DNA of 64,000 nt from Actinomycetota bacterium (GTDB lineage: Bacteria; Actinomycetota; AC-67), in assembly GCA_046565595.1 (NCBI GenBank), contig JBKHYG010000100.1, forward strand, positions 20,838 to 84,837. Direction: 5' to 3'. Shown here piece after piece: positions 56,680 through 64,000 of this stretch (position 1 is the stretch's first letter; the number at the start of each line of letters is the position of its first letter). The notes under the pieces are model-generated. The model ran no database searches. It was not told the origin of the DNA and saw nothing but the letters and a program-made list of their open reading frames with translations. A program made the position numbers and the translations under genes.

Positions 56680-57201
56680 ATGCATGTGAGTGTCACCGCC
56701 ATCGGCGCGGACCGGCCGGGGATCGTCGCGGCAGTCACGAAGGTCTTGTTCGAGCATGCCTGCAACCTCGAGGATTCGCGCATGGCGATCCTGGGCGGGC
56801 ATTTCGCGATGATGCTGGTGGTCGATCCCGCCGGAACCGATGCAGCGGCCCTAGAGGCAGCCCTGGCCGAGGTCGCAGACGACTATGGACTGACGGTGGC
56901 TGTCCGTCCGATCGCCGACCTGGATGCTCACTCTGGCCAAGGTGAGCCGCATGTCCTGAGCGTCTATGGCGCGGACCGGCCCGGCATCGTCTACGAGGTC
57001 AGTCAGGCGCTCGCGGACGCGAAGGTCAACATCGTCGATCTGCGCACCCATGTGACCTCTAGCGACCCGCCCGTTTACATCATGCTGATGGATCTAGAGG
57101 TGCCGGGGGATCCCGTCGCTCTGGAACAGAGGTTGAAGGAACTCGCCGCGGATAGAGGCATCGATGTGACTCTGCGCTCCGCCGACGCCGACACGCTGTA
57201 G
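56680..57201 (+). CDS. Tandem ACT-domain protein (GcvR-like amino-acid-binding regulator)
   Basis: Two ACT repeats: VTAIGADRPGIVAAVTKVLFEHACNLED and LSVYGADRPGIVYEVSQALADAKVNIVD. Confidence 0.7.
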   Translation: MHVSVTAIGADRPGIVAAVTKVLFEHACNLEDSRMAILGGHFAMMLVVDPAGTDAAALEAALAEVADDYGLTVAVRPIADLDAHSGQGEPHVLSVYGADRPGIVYEVSQALADAKVNIVDLRTHVTSSDPPVYIMLMDLEVPGDPVALEQRLKELAADRGIDVTLRSADADTL

Positions 57202-57206
57202 CAGCG

Positions 57207-57704
57207 ATGCCAGAACGCGAGGTGGTCCGCTATCCGGCGTCTGTATTGAAGACGCCCACACAGCCGCTCGAGCCTGGACCCGAAGCCGAGGCACTAGCCA
57301 AGGATCTGGTCGACACGATGCACGCCTCGGCGCATTCGGTCGGGATCGCGGCGACCCAGATCGGGGTCGCAAAGAGCATGTTCGTCCTGGACATCACCGG
57401 ACACAAGAAGGCCAACAGCCAGCATGGCCTTATCGTGATGATGAACCCGATGATCCTGTCACGCGACGACAGTGATGTCGGCCGCGAAGGGTGCATGAGC
57501 GTCCCCGACTTCACCGGAGATGTTCGAAGGGCATCCAGGATCGTCGTCAAGGGCCAGAGGCCCGACGGCGAGACCTTCATCGTCGAGGCGGACGCCTTCG
57601 AAGCTCGCGCGCTGCAACACGAGATCGACCACCTTTCAGGCCTGCTCTTCCTGGATCGGGTCGAGAGTTCGAACGCGTTGTTCCAACGCAAGCGCTATCG
57701 CTGA
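57207..57704 (+). CDS. def: Peptide deformylase
   Basis: Three PDF motifs: GIAATQIG, EGCMSVPD, QHEIDHL. Confidence 0.9.
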   Translation: MPEREVVRYPASVLKTPTQPLEPGPEAEALAKDLVDTMHASAHSVGIAATQIGVAKSMFVLDITGHKKANSQHGLIVMMNPMILSRDDSDVGREGCMSVPDFTGDVRRASRIVVKGQRPDGETFIVEADAFEARALQHEIDHLSGLLFLDRVESSNALFQRKRYR

Positions 57705-57857
57705 CCCACAGCCTCGACCCCCAAAGCCGCCATGGCGCTGGTGGGTGATGCACGAGCACACAGGCGCGGCGCCGCAGCCCTAGGGGCCTGCCGAACCTCT
57801 CTATAATCGCGCGCACCGCGGGAGGACCGCGGACCGCAGCGATGGGGGGAAGTTTCG

Positions 57858-59966
57858 ATGCCCGACGGGCTAAGGATCTCGATCGGACTGGCCATCATGT
57901 TGTTCGCGCTCGGCGTCGCGTCGATCCGCGTCCGCTTCCTGATGGACCTGCTCTTCCGCGCCAAGCCCGAGCCGGGCCGTATCCGCAACATCCCGCGTCG
58001 CCTTGGCACCGAACTGGTCGAGGTCATGGGCCAGAAGAAACTGCTCCAGTGGACCGTGCCCGGGCTCATGCATGCCTTCACATACTGGGGGTTCCTGGTC
58101 ATCCAGGTCACGCTGATCGAATCCATCGGCGAGGTCTTCGATCACGATTTCGAGATCCCCTTGATCCCTCAGTGGCTCGCCAACTCGATCGGCGCCGTCG
58201 AAGACCTGTTCTTCGCACTCGTGACGCTCTCGTTGATCGGCTTCTTCATCCTGCGCATCAAGGAATCTCCCAAACGCAAGGGCAAGAAGAGCCGCTTCTA
58301 TGGCAGCCATCTGGGTGCTGCGTACATCGTGCTGCTCATGATCTTCAATGTCGTCTGGACCGTCGCGGTTGCCCGAGGTGCGCGCGCAGCGCTGGGTACC
58401 TTCCCCTACGAGTGGTCACCGCTGTCCGAAGGCATCGGCAAGATCATGACGAACCTGGGCTGGAGCGAGACCACGATCGATTGGGTCGGTTCGACAGCAC
58501 TGCTGCTGCACCTCGCGATCGTGTTCGGCTTCCTGATCCTGGTGCTGAACTCGAAGCACATGCACATCTTCACCTCTCCGCTGAATGTCCTGTTCGGTCG
58601 TCACCCGCGCGCACTCGGCGCGTTGCGGCCGATGGAGATCGACATGGACAACCTCACCGAGGACACGGTCTTCGGTGTCGGGCAGGCGGAAGATTTCACC
58701 TGGAAACAGGTCTTGGACATGTACACCTGCACCGAGTGTGGACGCTGTCAGAGCGTGTGTCCGGCCTGGAACACCGACAAGCCTCTGAACCCGAAGTTCA
58801 TCATCACCAACTCTCGCGACCATGTCTTCGAGAAGGCTCCGTACATGTTGGGCAAGGTCTGGGAGATGGATCCCAACGATCCTGATAACCCGGCGAACAA
58901 AGCTCTGATCGGTGATGTTCATGACGCCGAAGCCATCTGGGCGTGCACGACCTGCGGAGCCTGCGTCTGGGAGTGCCCGGTGGATATCGAGCATGTCGAC
59001 CACATCGTGGACATGCGTCGCAACCTGGTGATGATGGAATCGGCCTTCCCTCAGGAAGCCGGCCTGATGCTGCGCAACCTCGAGAACTCGGGCAACCCGT
59101 GGGGCGCGTCGAACTCGCAGCGCACCGACTGGATGAAGGGTCTCGAGGATCACATCCCGATCGTCAACGGTCGTATCCCCGCAGACGCCGAGTACCTGTA
59201 TTGGGTTGGTTGCGCTGGTTCGTTCGATGATCGTGGACAGAAGTCCGTGCGCGCGTTCGCCGAACTGATGCTCGCAGCAAAGGTTCCGTTCGCCGTCCTG
59301 GGACCGCAGGAGAACTGCTCTGGCGACCCGGCCCGACGGATCGGCAACGAGTACCTGTTCCAAGAGATGGCCAAGCAGAACATCGCGATGCTGAAGGAGA
59401 AGGGCGTCCGAAAGATCGTCGCCAGCTGTCCGCACTGCTTCAACACGATCGCTCGTGAGTACCCGCAGCTGGATGGGACCTTCGAGGTCATCCACCATTC
59501 CGAACTGCTCGACAAGCTGGTCGCGGACGGTCGGCTCCGTCTGACGACCGAGATAGACAAGAAGGTCACCTACCACGATCCCTGCTACCTGGCGCGCCAC
59601 AACGATGTGCTCGAAGAGCCACGGCGCTCGATCGCGCAGATCCCTCTGATCCAGACCGAAGAGCCCGGCCGCTGCAAGCGGGGCACCTTCTGCTGCGGCG
59701 CCGGCGGTGCTCGCATGTGGATGGAAGAGGACACGGGCAAGCGCGTCAATGTGGAACGCACCGAAGAGTTGCTCAGCACGCAGGCAGATGTGATGGCGAC
59801 CGGATGTCCCTACTGCGTGATCATGCTGGACGATGCGGCCAAGGCCCTGGATGGCGAGGGCAAGGGACGACCCGATGTGGCGGTGCTGGATGTGGCGCAA
59901 CTGCTTCGTCAGAGCGTCGATCCCGAACAGTTGACCTTCCTGCGCGCGAAGCAGCCGTCCCCGTAG
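57858..59966 (+). CDS. Membrane-bound iron-sulfur oxidoreductase (N-terminal NarI-like TM domain + 2x[4Fe-4S] ferredoxin + tandem CCG domains; HdrD/GlpC-like)
   Basis: TM helices in first ~250 aa; CTECGRCQSVCP and CTTCGACVWECP 4Fe-4S motifs; CCG-type cysteine clusters WVGCAGS...CPHCFN and CKRGTFCCGAGG...GCPYC. Confidence 0.8.
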   Translation: MPDGLRISIGLAIMLFALGVASIRVRFLMDLLFRAKPEPGRIRNIPRRLGTELVEVMGQKKLLQWTVPGLMHAFTYWGFLVIQVTLIESIGEVFDHDFEIPLIPQWLANSIGAVEDLFFALVTLSLIGFFILRIKESPKRKGKKSRFYGSHLGAAYIVLLMIFNVVWTVAVARGARAALGTFPYEWSPLSEGIGKIMTNLGWSETTIDWVGSTALLLHLAIVFGFLILVLNSKHMHIFTSPLNVLFGRHPRALGALRPMEIDMDNLTEDTVFGVGQAEDFTWKQVLDMYTCTECGRCQSVCPAWNTDKPLNPKFIITNSRDHVFEKAPYMLGKVWEMDPNDPDNPANKALIGDVHDAEAIWACTTCGACVWECPVDIEHVDHIVDMRRNLVMMESAFPQEAGLMLRNLENSGNPWGASNSQRTDWMKGLEDHIPIVNGRIPADAEYLYWVGCAGSFDDRGQKSVRAFAELMLAAKVPFAVLGPQENCSGDPARRIGNEYLFQEMAKQNIAMLKEKGVRKIVASCPHCFNTIAREYPQLDGTFEVIHHSELLDKLVADGRLRLTTEIDKKVTYHDPCYLARHNDVLEEPRRSIAQIPLIQTEEPGRCKRGTFCCGAGGARMWMEEDTGKRVNVERTEELLSTQADVMATGCPYCVIMLDDAAKALDGEGKGRPDVAVLDVAQLLRQSVDPEQLTFLRAKQPSP

Positions 59967-59970
59967 AGGC

Positions 59971-60558
59971 TCAGGCGGGGAGCGCCTGCGCCTCGATCTC
60001 GATCAGGATCTTCTTGCTGACCAACACGCCACCGGCCTCAAGGACCTGGTTCCAGGTTAGACCCCAGTCCTCGCGGTCGATCTCGGCAGATGCCGTCGCC
60101 AGGAGCCGCGTGTTCCCCCACGGATCGACCGTCTCGCCCAGGAGATCAAGCGCGAGCGTTACCGGCCTGGTCACGCCAACGATGCTTAGCTCACCCTCTA
60201 CAGCCCAAGAGTCACCGCCGGCATGTCTAACTCCCGTGCTCACGAACTCTAGGTAAGGGTGGTTCTCGACATCGAGGAAGTCGGGGCTCTTCAGATGGGC
60301 ATCCCGGTCAGCATTCTTCGTGTCGATGGATGCGGCCTCGATCTTGACCTTGAGCGTGGACTCTTCGATCCGTTCGGCGACATGGAGGTCAACCTCGTAG
60401 GAATCGAAGGATCCACGAACCTTGGTGACCATCAGATGCCTCGCGGTGAAGCCGATGGTCGTGTGCGATGGGTCTAGTGAGTACGCGCCGGCGACGGGGA
60501 CCTTCAGGCCATCCAGGTCCCGGATGAGGGTAGTGATCGTTCCCATAGTGTCCTCCAT
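59971..60558 (-). CDS. YceI-like polyisoprenoid-binding protein
   Basis: 195 aa; YceI family pattern (SLDPSHTTIGFTARHLMVTKVRGSF...). Confidence 0.8.
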   Translation of the reverse strand: MEDTMGTITTLIRDLDGLKVPVAGAYSLDPSHTTIGFTARHLMVTKVRGSFDSYEVDLHVAERIEESTLKVKIEAASIDTKNADRDAHLKSPDFLDVENHPYLEFVSTGVRHAGGDSWAVEGELSIVGVTRPVTLALDLLGETVDPWGNTRLLATASAEIDREDWGLTWNQVLEAGGVLVSKKILIEIEAQALPA

Positions 60559-60601
60559 TTTGTTCTACCTTGAACTATCTAATCCTGACCGTACCAGATG
60601 A

Positions 60602-60613
60602 TTCAACCTTGAA
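60602..60613. promoter_or_regulatory. Palindrome TTCAACCTTGAA in YceI/MarR divergent promoter (candidate MarR operator); half-site ACCTTGAAC repeated at 60567..60575
   Basis: Seen directly: ctACCTTGAACtatc ... gaTTCAACCTTGAAcaac in 80-bp intergenic region. Confidence 0.35.
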
Positions 60614-60638
60614 CAACCCGTGGGGGTAGGATATTCCC

Positions 60639-61121
60639 GTGACCAGATGGCTGACCTCGGAAGAACAACGGGCCTGGCGGGCGTGGCTGGCGACCGCCAG
60701 CAGCGTTCTGGAGCGGATCGATTCGGATCTCCGCGAGCGGGGGCTGACGCACGCTGACTACGAGATCCTGGCGCATCTTTCCGAGGCTCCCGAGGGAGCG
60801 CTACGCATGGGGCAGCTCGCCTCACAGGTCCTGCAATCCAAGAGCCGTCTCAGCTACCGGATGGATCGCCTAGAGGAGCAAGGCATAGTCACGCGGCGCG
60901 CCTGTGACGACGACGCCAGGGGAACTTGGGCCGTGCTGACCCCGAAAGGCCGACGGCTGATCGAAAGAGAGGCTCCGCGCCATGTCGAATTGGTGCGCCA
61001 GGTGCTGATGGATCACCTGCGACCACAGACACAGCGAGCCCTGATCAAGGATCTGGCGGCAGCCTTAGAGGCGATGGGACAAGCCGGGGACGCTCACGCA
61101 TCGAACCTCGGGTCGACCTGA
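60639..61121 (+). CDS. MarR family transcriptional regulator
   Basis: Winged HTH region LTHADYEILAHLSEAPEGALRMGQLASQVLQSKSRLSYRMDRLEEQGIVTR. Confidence 0.8.
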   Translation: MTRWLTSEEQRAWRAWLATASSVLERIDSDLRERGLTHADYEILAHLSEAPEGALRMGQLASQVLQSKSRLSYRMDRLEEQGIVTRRACDDDARGTWAVLTPKGRRLIEREAPRHVELVRQVLMDHLRPQTQRALIKDLAAALEAMGQAGDAHASNLGST

Positions 61122-61154
61122 CCACTCCTCCCCCGGCGGGATAGGCTGCGCGGC

Positions 61155-61709
61155 GTGATCCTCTCAGACCGTGACCTCCGCAAGGCCATCGCCGACGGCG
61201 ATCTAGCCCTCGACCCGTTCGACGACAAGATGGTGCAGCCATCCTCGATCGATGTGACAGTCGACTCGCAGTTCCGGGTCTTCAACAACTCCAAGTACCC
61301 CTACATCGATGTGCGACAAGAGATGGAGGACCTGACGACCCTCGTCGAGGTGAAACCCGATGAGGCGTTCATCCTGCACCCCGGCGAATTCGTGCTCGGC
61401 TCTACCTACGAGAAGGTCACCATCGGCAACGGTCTGGTTGCCCGGCTCGAAGGGAAATCGTCGTTAGGACGCTTGGGCCTGCTGATCCACTCGACGGCAG
61501 GGTTCGTGGACGCTGGTTGGTCGGGCTTCTTGACCCTCGAGCTATCCAATGTTGCGAACCTTCCGATCACGATCTACCCAGGCATGAAGATCGGTCAGCT
61601 GTGCGTCTTCCAGATGAGTTCGCCAGCGGACAAGCCGTATTCGATGACGGGCAAGTATCAGGGTCAACGCGGTCCGACGGCCAGCAAGTTCTTCAAAGAC
61701 TTCCGCTGA
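61155..61709 (+). CDS. dcd: dCTP deaminase
   Basis: [15 protein letters not shown]...SSIDVTVD, GxSSLGRLG motif; 184 aa. Confidence 0.9.
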   Translation: MILSDRDLRKAIADGDLALDPFDDKMVQPSSIDVTVDSQFRVFNNSKYPYIDVRQEMEDLTTLVEVKPDEAFILHPGEFVLGSTYEKVTIGNGLVARLEGKSSLGRLGLLIHSTAGFVDAGWSGFLTLELSNVANLPITIYPGMKIGQLCVFQMSSPADKPYSMTGKYQGQRGPTASKFFKDFR

Positions 61710-61795
61710 GGTACGGCGTTCGGGCGCAGGCGGTACCCCGTCTCGGTTCGGCCTTGAGTCCGGCAGGTACGAGGCGCTAGCATCCGGGCGCTCTC

Positions 61796-61869
61796 GCGGA
61801 TGTAGTTCAATGGCAGAACGAAAGCTTCCCAAGCTTTAGACGGGGGTTCGATTCCCCTCATCCGCTCCA
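61796..61869 (+). tRNA. tRNA-Gly (anticodon CCC), CCA encoded
   Basis: Acceptor GCGGATG/CATCCGC, anticodon stem AAAGC/GCTTT loop TTCCCAA, T arm GGGGG-TTCGATT-CCCCT, discriminator T + CCA. Confidence 0.85.
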
Positions 61870-61889
61870 GCCGAACCGCAAGCCCTATC

Positions 61890-63053
61890 TCAGGTGCCGT
61901 CGATCTTCGTGCGGCTGTCGACGATCCGGGCCGCTATCGGGCCGATCGTCCCCAGGATCAACACATAGGCCACCGTCACCGTCGCGAGCCGGGGATCGAC
62001 GCCTGCTGCCACGCCGATGCCAGCGATCGCCAGCGAGAACTCGCCTCGAGGGATCAATGCAACGGCGGACCGTAGGCGTTCCGAGCGACGCAGGTTCCGC
62101 CAGCCTCCTCCGATCCATCCGGTCGCGAACTTGGTCGCCGCACCCAACGCCGCAAGGCCCAACGCTGCCGGAAGTACCGGCGGCAGTTCTGACGGATCGA
62201 CGCTGAAGCCGATGAACACGAAGAACATCGCCGCGAAGACATCGCGCAGCGGACGCAGCAGGTGTCGTGCTCCGGCCGCAGCCGGACCGGACAAGACGAT
62301 GCCTACCAGCAGGGCTGCGACCGCAGCCGAGATGCCAACCATCTCGCCCACGCCTGCGATCGTGATCGCAACACCGAGGATCGTGAGCACCAAGGCCTCG
62401 TCTGATCGGCTGAACAGCGCCCGGCTCAGACCTACCTCGATCTTCATCGCGAGCCACAGCAGCAGGCCAGCCACCGCGACCGCGATCGCTGCGCCTCCCA
62501 ATCCGACCAAGCCTGTTCCTTCAGCGACCAGGGCCGCGAGGATCGGCAGGAACACCGCCATCTGCAGATCCTCGATGAGCAGTATCGACACGACCAGCGG
62601 TCCCGCTGATCCGAGCGACCATCCGAGATCCTGCAGGATCTTGGCTGCCATCCCAGAGGAGGTGACCAGCGTGACCCCGGCGAGGAGGAGCGCGGCGACC
62701 ACATCCCACCCAAGCAGCATCCCTGCGACGAATCCCGGGACGGCGTTCAGGACGAGATCCAGGACGCCGACGCGCAGGGATCTCCGCATGGTCATCAGCA
62801 ACTCGCGGGACGAATGCTCGAGGCCCAGCATGAACAGCAGCAGGATGAGCCCGATCTGGCCGCCCAGTTCGATGAACCCTTCTGTGGTTACCAGAGGGGC
62901 TACGCCGCCTTCGCCGAAGGCCAGTCCTGCCAGCAGGTAGAGGGGAACCGCGGAGATGCCGGTGCCCCCGGCGATGCGCGCCAGGATCGCGAGCCCGAGG
63001 ACGACACCTCCAAGCTCGACCAGGTGTAGGCCGTTGACCGTCTCCACGGTCAA
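61890..63053 (-). CDS. Cation:proton antiporter (CPA2/Kef-type) membrane domain
   Basis: 387 aa, about 12 TM helices with Gly/Ala/Leu-rich CPA-like profile. Confidence 0.8.
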   Translation of the reverse strand: MTVETVNGLHLVELGGVVLGLAILARIAGGTGISAVPLYLLAGLAFGEGGVAPLVTTEGFIELGGQIGLILLLFMLGLEHSSRELLMTMRRSLRVGVLDLVLNAVPGFVAGMLLGWDVVAALLLAGVTLVTSSGMAAKILQDLGWSLGSAGPLVVSILLIEDLQMAVFLPILAALVAEGTGLVGLGGAAIAVAVAGLLLWLAMKIEVGLSRALFSRSDEALVLTILGVAITIAGVGEMVGISAAVAALLVGIVLSGPAAAGARHLLRPLRDVFAAMFFVFIGFSVDPSELPPVLPAALGLAALGAATKFATGWIGGGWRNLRRSERLRSAVALIPRGEFSLAIAGIGVAAGVDPRLATVTVAYVLILGTIGPIAARIVDSRTKIDGT

Positions 63054-63093
63054 GAGATTAGGCGAGCATCGGTTCGTGCCGCGATGTTCTACG

Positions 63094-63123
63094 ACAACGC
63101 CCGGCTCAGAGGCCGGGCGTTGT
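63094..63123 (-). terminator. 12-bp-stem hairpin downstream of the 3'-terminal minus-strand gene
   Basis: ACAACGCCCGGC-TCAGAG-GCCGGGCGTTGT between gene ending at 63141 and antiporter start 63053. Confidence 0.5.
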
Positions 63124-63140
63124 GGTGCTAGATGCGCGAA

Positions 63141-64000
63141 CTAGACATAGCAACCGGCAGGAACCACGATCGCGAACGGCACGGCGAAACAGACCGCCGG
63201 ACCTCTCGTGTATGAGGGCCTGATCTCTAGGCGGGTCTGGATGCTGGCGGTGAATGTCTGCGGCAACATCCGGATGAGGCCGATGTGTGGCCGCTCGTCG
63301 TAGACGCTTCCGATCACGACGATCGAGGGTCGCTTGACCTGACGCGCGACGAAAGCTTTCGACTGACCGTCTACGCAATGCAGGTTCAGCGAATCCTTCG
63401 TACCGTCCTTGACGACGATCTCGGGGAAGATGAGGAGCTTCGCGCTCGCCTTGTAATCCTGGACGCTCTGCTGGCAGCGAGCGGTCTGCGCGTTCACCTG
63501 AGGTTCGACGCTCGTTGCCGTATCGGAGGCCTCAGGGTTCCCCGTACCTTCGAGCTTCGAGTTGACGGTGATCCTCCAGCCGTCGTTGTTCTGAACCGTC
63601 GCCACGAACGACGCGTTGGTCATGGCCGGGTCGGCGTTCATCTGCGCATCAAGGATCGTGCACTGGTTGGTCTCGTTGGTGACGCCGGTGATCTTCACCG
63701 TCAGGCAGCCCTCGGAGCGAGCTTGGCCGCCCTGCTGGATCGGTAGACCGAAGTAGAGGTCGTAGTCGACCTTGTCGATCTGTTCGGCTGTCGGCGTCTT
63801 GTAGACATCGAGCCCCTGCAGCGTCTGCAGCGTGAAGGACATGGTGCCCTGTTTGGTCACACCGGTGTTCGGGTCGGTATGAGCCACCTTCCCCGAGAGG
63901 GTGACCTCTCGGATCAGATCGAGGGTGAAGCGCGCATCGTCGGCTCGCGCCGACGGCACAGGAAGGGTGGCTGCCAGTAGAGCAGCCGCGGCGAGCTTGG
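63141..64000 (-). CDS. Secreted hypothetical protein (partial; N-terminus beyond window end)
   Basis: Open frame continues to window edge; the extreme N-terminal residues are hydrophobic/Ala-rich (signal-like: ...LAAAALLAATLPVPSARADD); no motif. Confidence 0.4.
   Translation of the reverse strand, partial: KLAAAALLAATLPVPSARADDARFTLDLIREVTLSGKVAHTDPNTGVTKQGTMSFTLQTLQGLDVYKTPTAEQIDKVDYDLYFGLPIQQGGQARSEGCLTVKITGVTNETNQCTILDAQMNADPAMTNASFVATVQNNDGWRITVNSKLEGTGNPEASDTATSVEPQVNAQTARCQQSVQDYKASAKLLIFPEIVVKDGTKDSLNLHCVDGQSKAFVARQVKRPSIVVIGSVYDERPHIGLIRMLPQTFTASIQTRLEIRPSYTRGPAVCFAVPFAIVVPAGCYV

Overview
High-GC (~68-70%) actinobacterial chromosomal window (inference; gene content such as F420-dependent LLM oxidoreductase, BldC, HspR/HAIR, GpgS and dodecin fits Actinobacteria, possibly a deep-branching Rubrobacteria/Thermoleophilia-like lineage). 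Contents by region: (1) 1-8.8 kb: ceramidase-like hydrolase, M20 peptidase, tRNA-Lys, SDR epimerase, a secreted PHP-domain/BNR-repeat fusion protein, gpgS, a MopE-like Cys-rich secreted protein, ygfZ. (2) 8.8-13 kb: a tRNA-Glu / tRNA-Asp / tRNA-Phe cluster interrupted by inserted genes (membrane protein, F420 LLM oxidoreductase, SLH-like+NlpC/P60 hydrolase, a small acidic/basic gene pair), followed by a bldC homolog. (3) 13.3-18.5 kb: valine/leucine dehydrogenase, an orphan ImmA/IrrE metallopeptidase and a bkd E1alpha-E1beta-E2 operon. (4) An ECF sigma factor with a fused transmembrane/extracytoplasmic C-terminus, then a 456-bp structured non-coding region whose 3' edge carries three tandem ~34-bp repeats that also form the purM stop. 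(5) 20-41 kb: a large minus-strand purine cluster, purM-purF ... purL-purQ ... purS-purC ... purB-purE ... purD-purA. Four interruptions: an XRE-HTH + minimal nucleotidyltransferase cassette plus acs; an oppositely oriented MacB-type ABC ATPase/FtsX permease pair plus two membrane proteins translationally coupled to purS; an AAA+ DUF4143 ATPase; a secreted hypothetical protein. (6) 41-44.7 kb: dodecin, class I fba, thioesterase, IMPase, YjbQ. (7) 44.7-51.8 kb: clpB, then the canonical dnaK-grpE-dnaJ-hspR operon, with HAIR operators upstream of clpB and dnaK. (8) 51.9-64 kb: tandem double-GNAT paralogs, a penicillin-acylase-like Ntn hydrolase coupled to DUF192, ACT protein, def, a large membrane Fe-S oxidoreductase, YceI/MarR pair, dcd, tRNA-Gly, CPA2 antiporter. 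No CRISPR, transposase or rRNA seen. The most interesting candidates are the HTH+NTase cassette inside the pur cluster, the structured intergenic region with purM-end tandem repeats, the secreted PHP-BNR fusion, the membrane-fused ECF sigma, and the acidic/basic small-protein pair beside tRNA-Phe/bldC.
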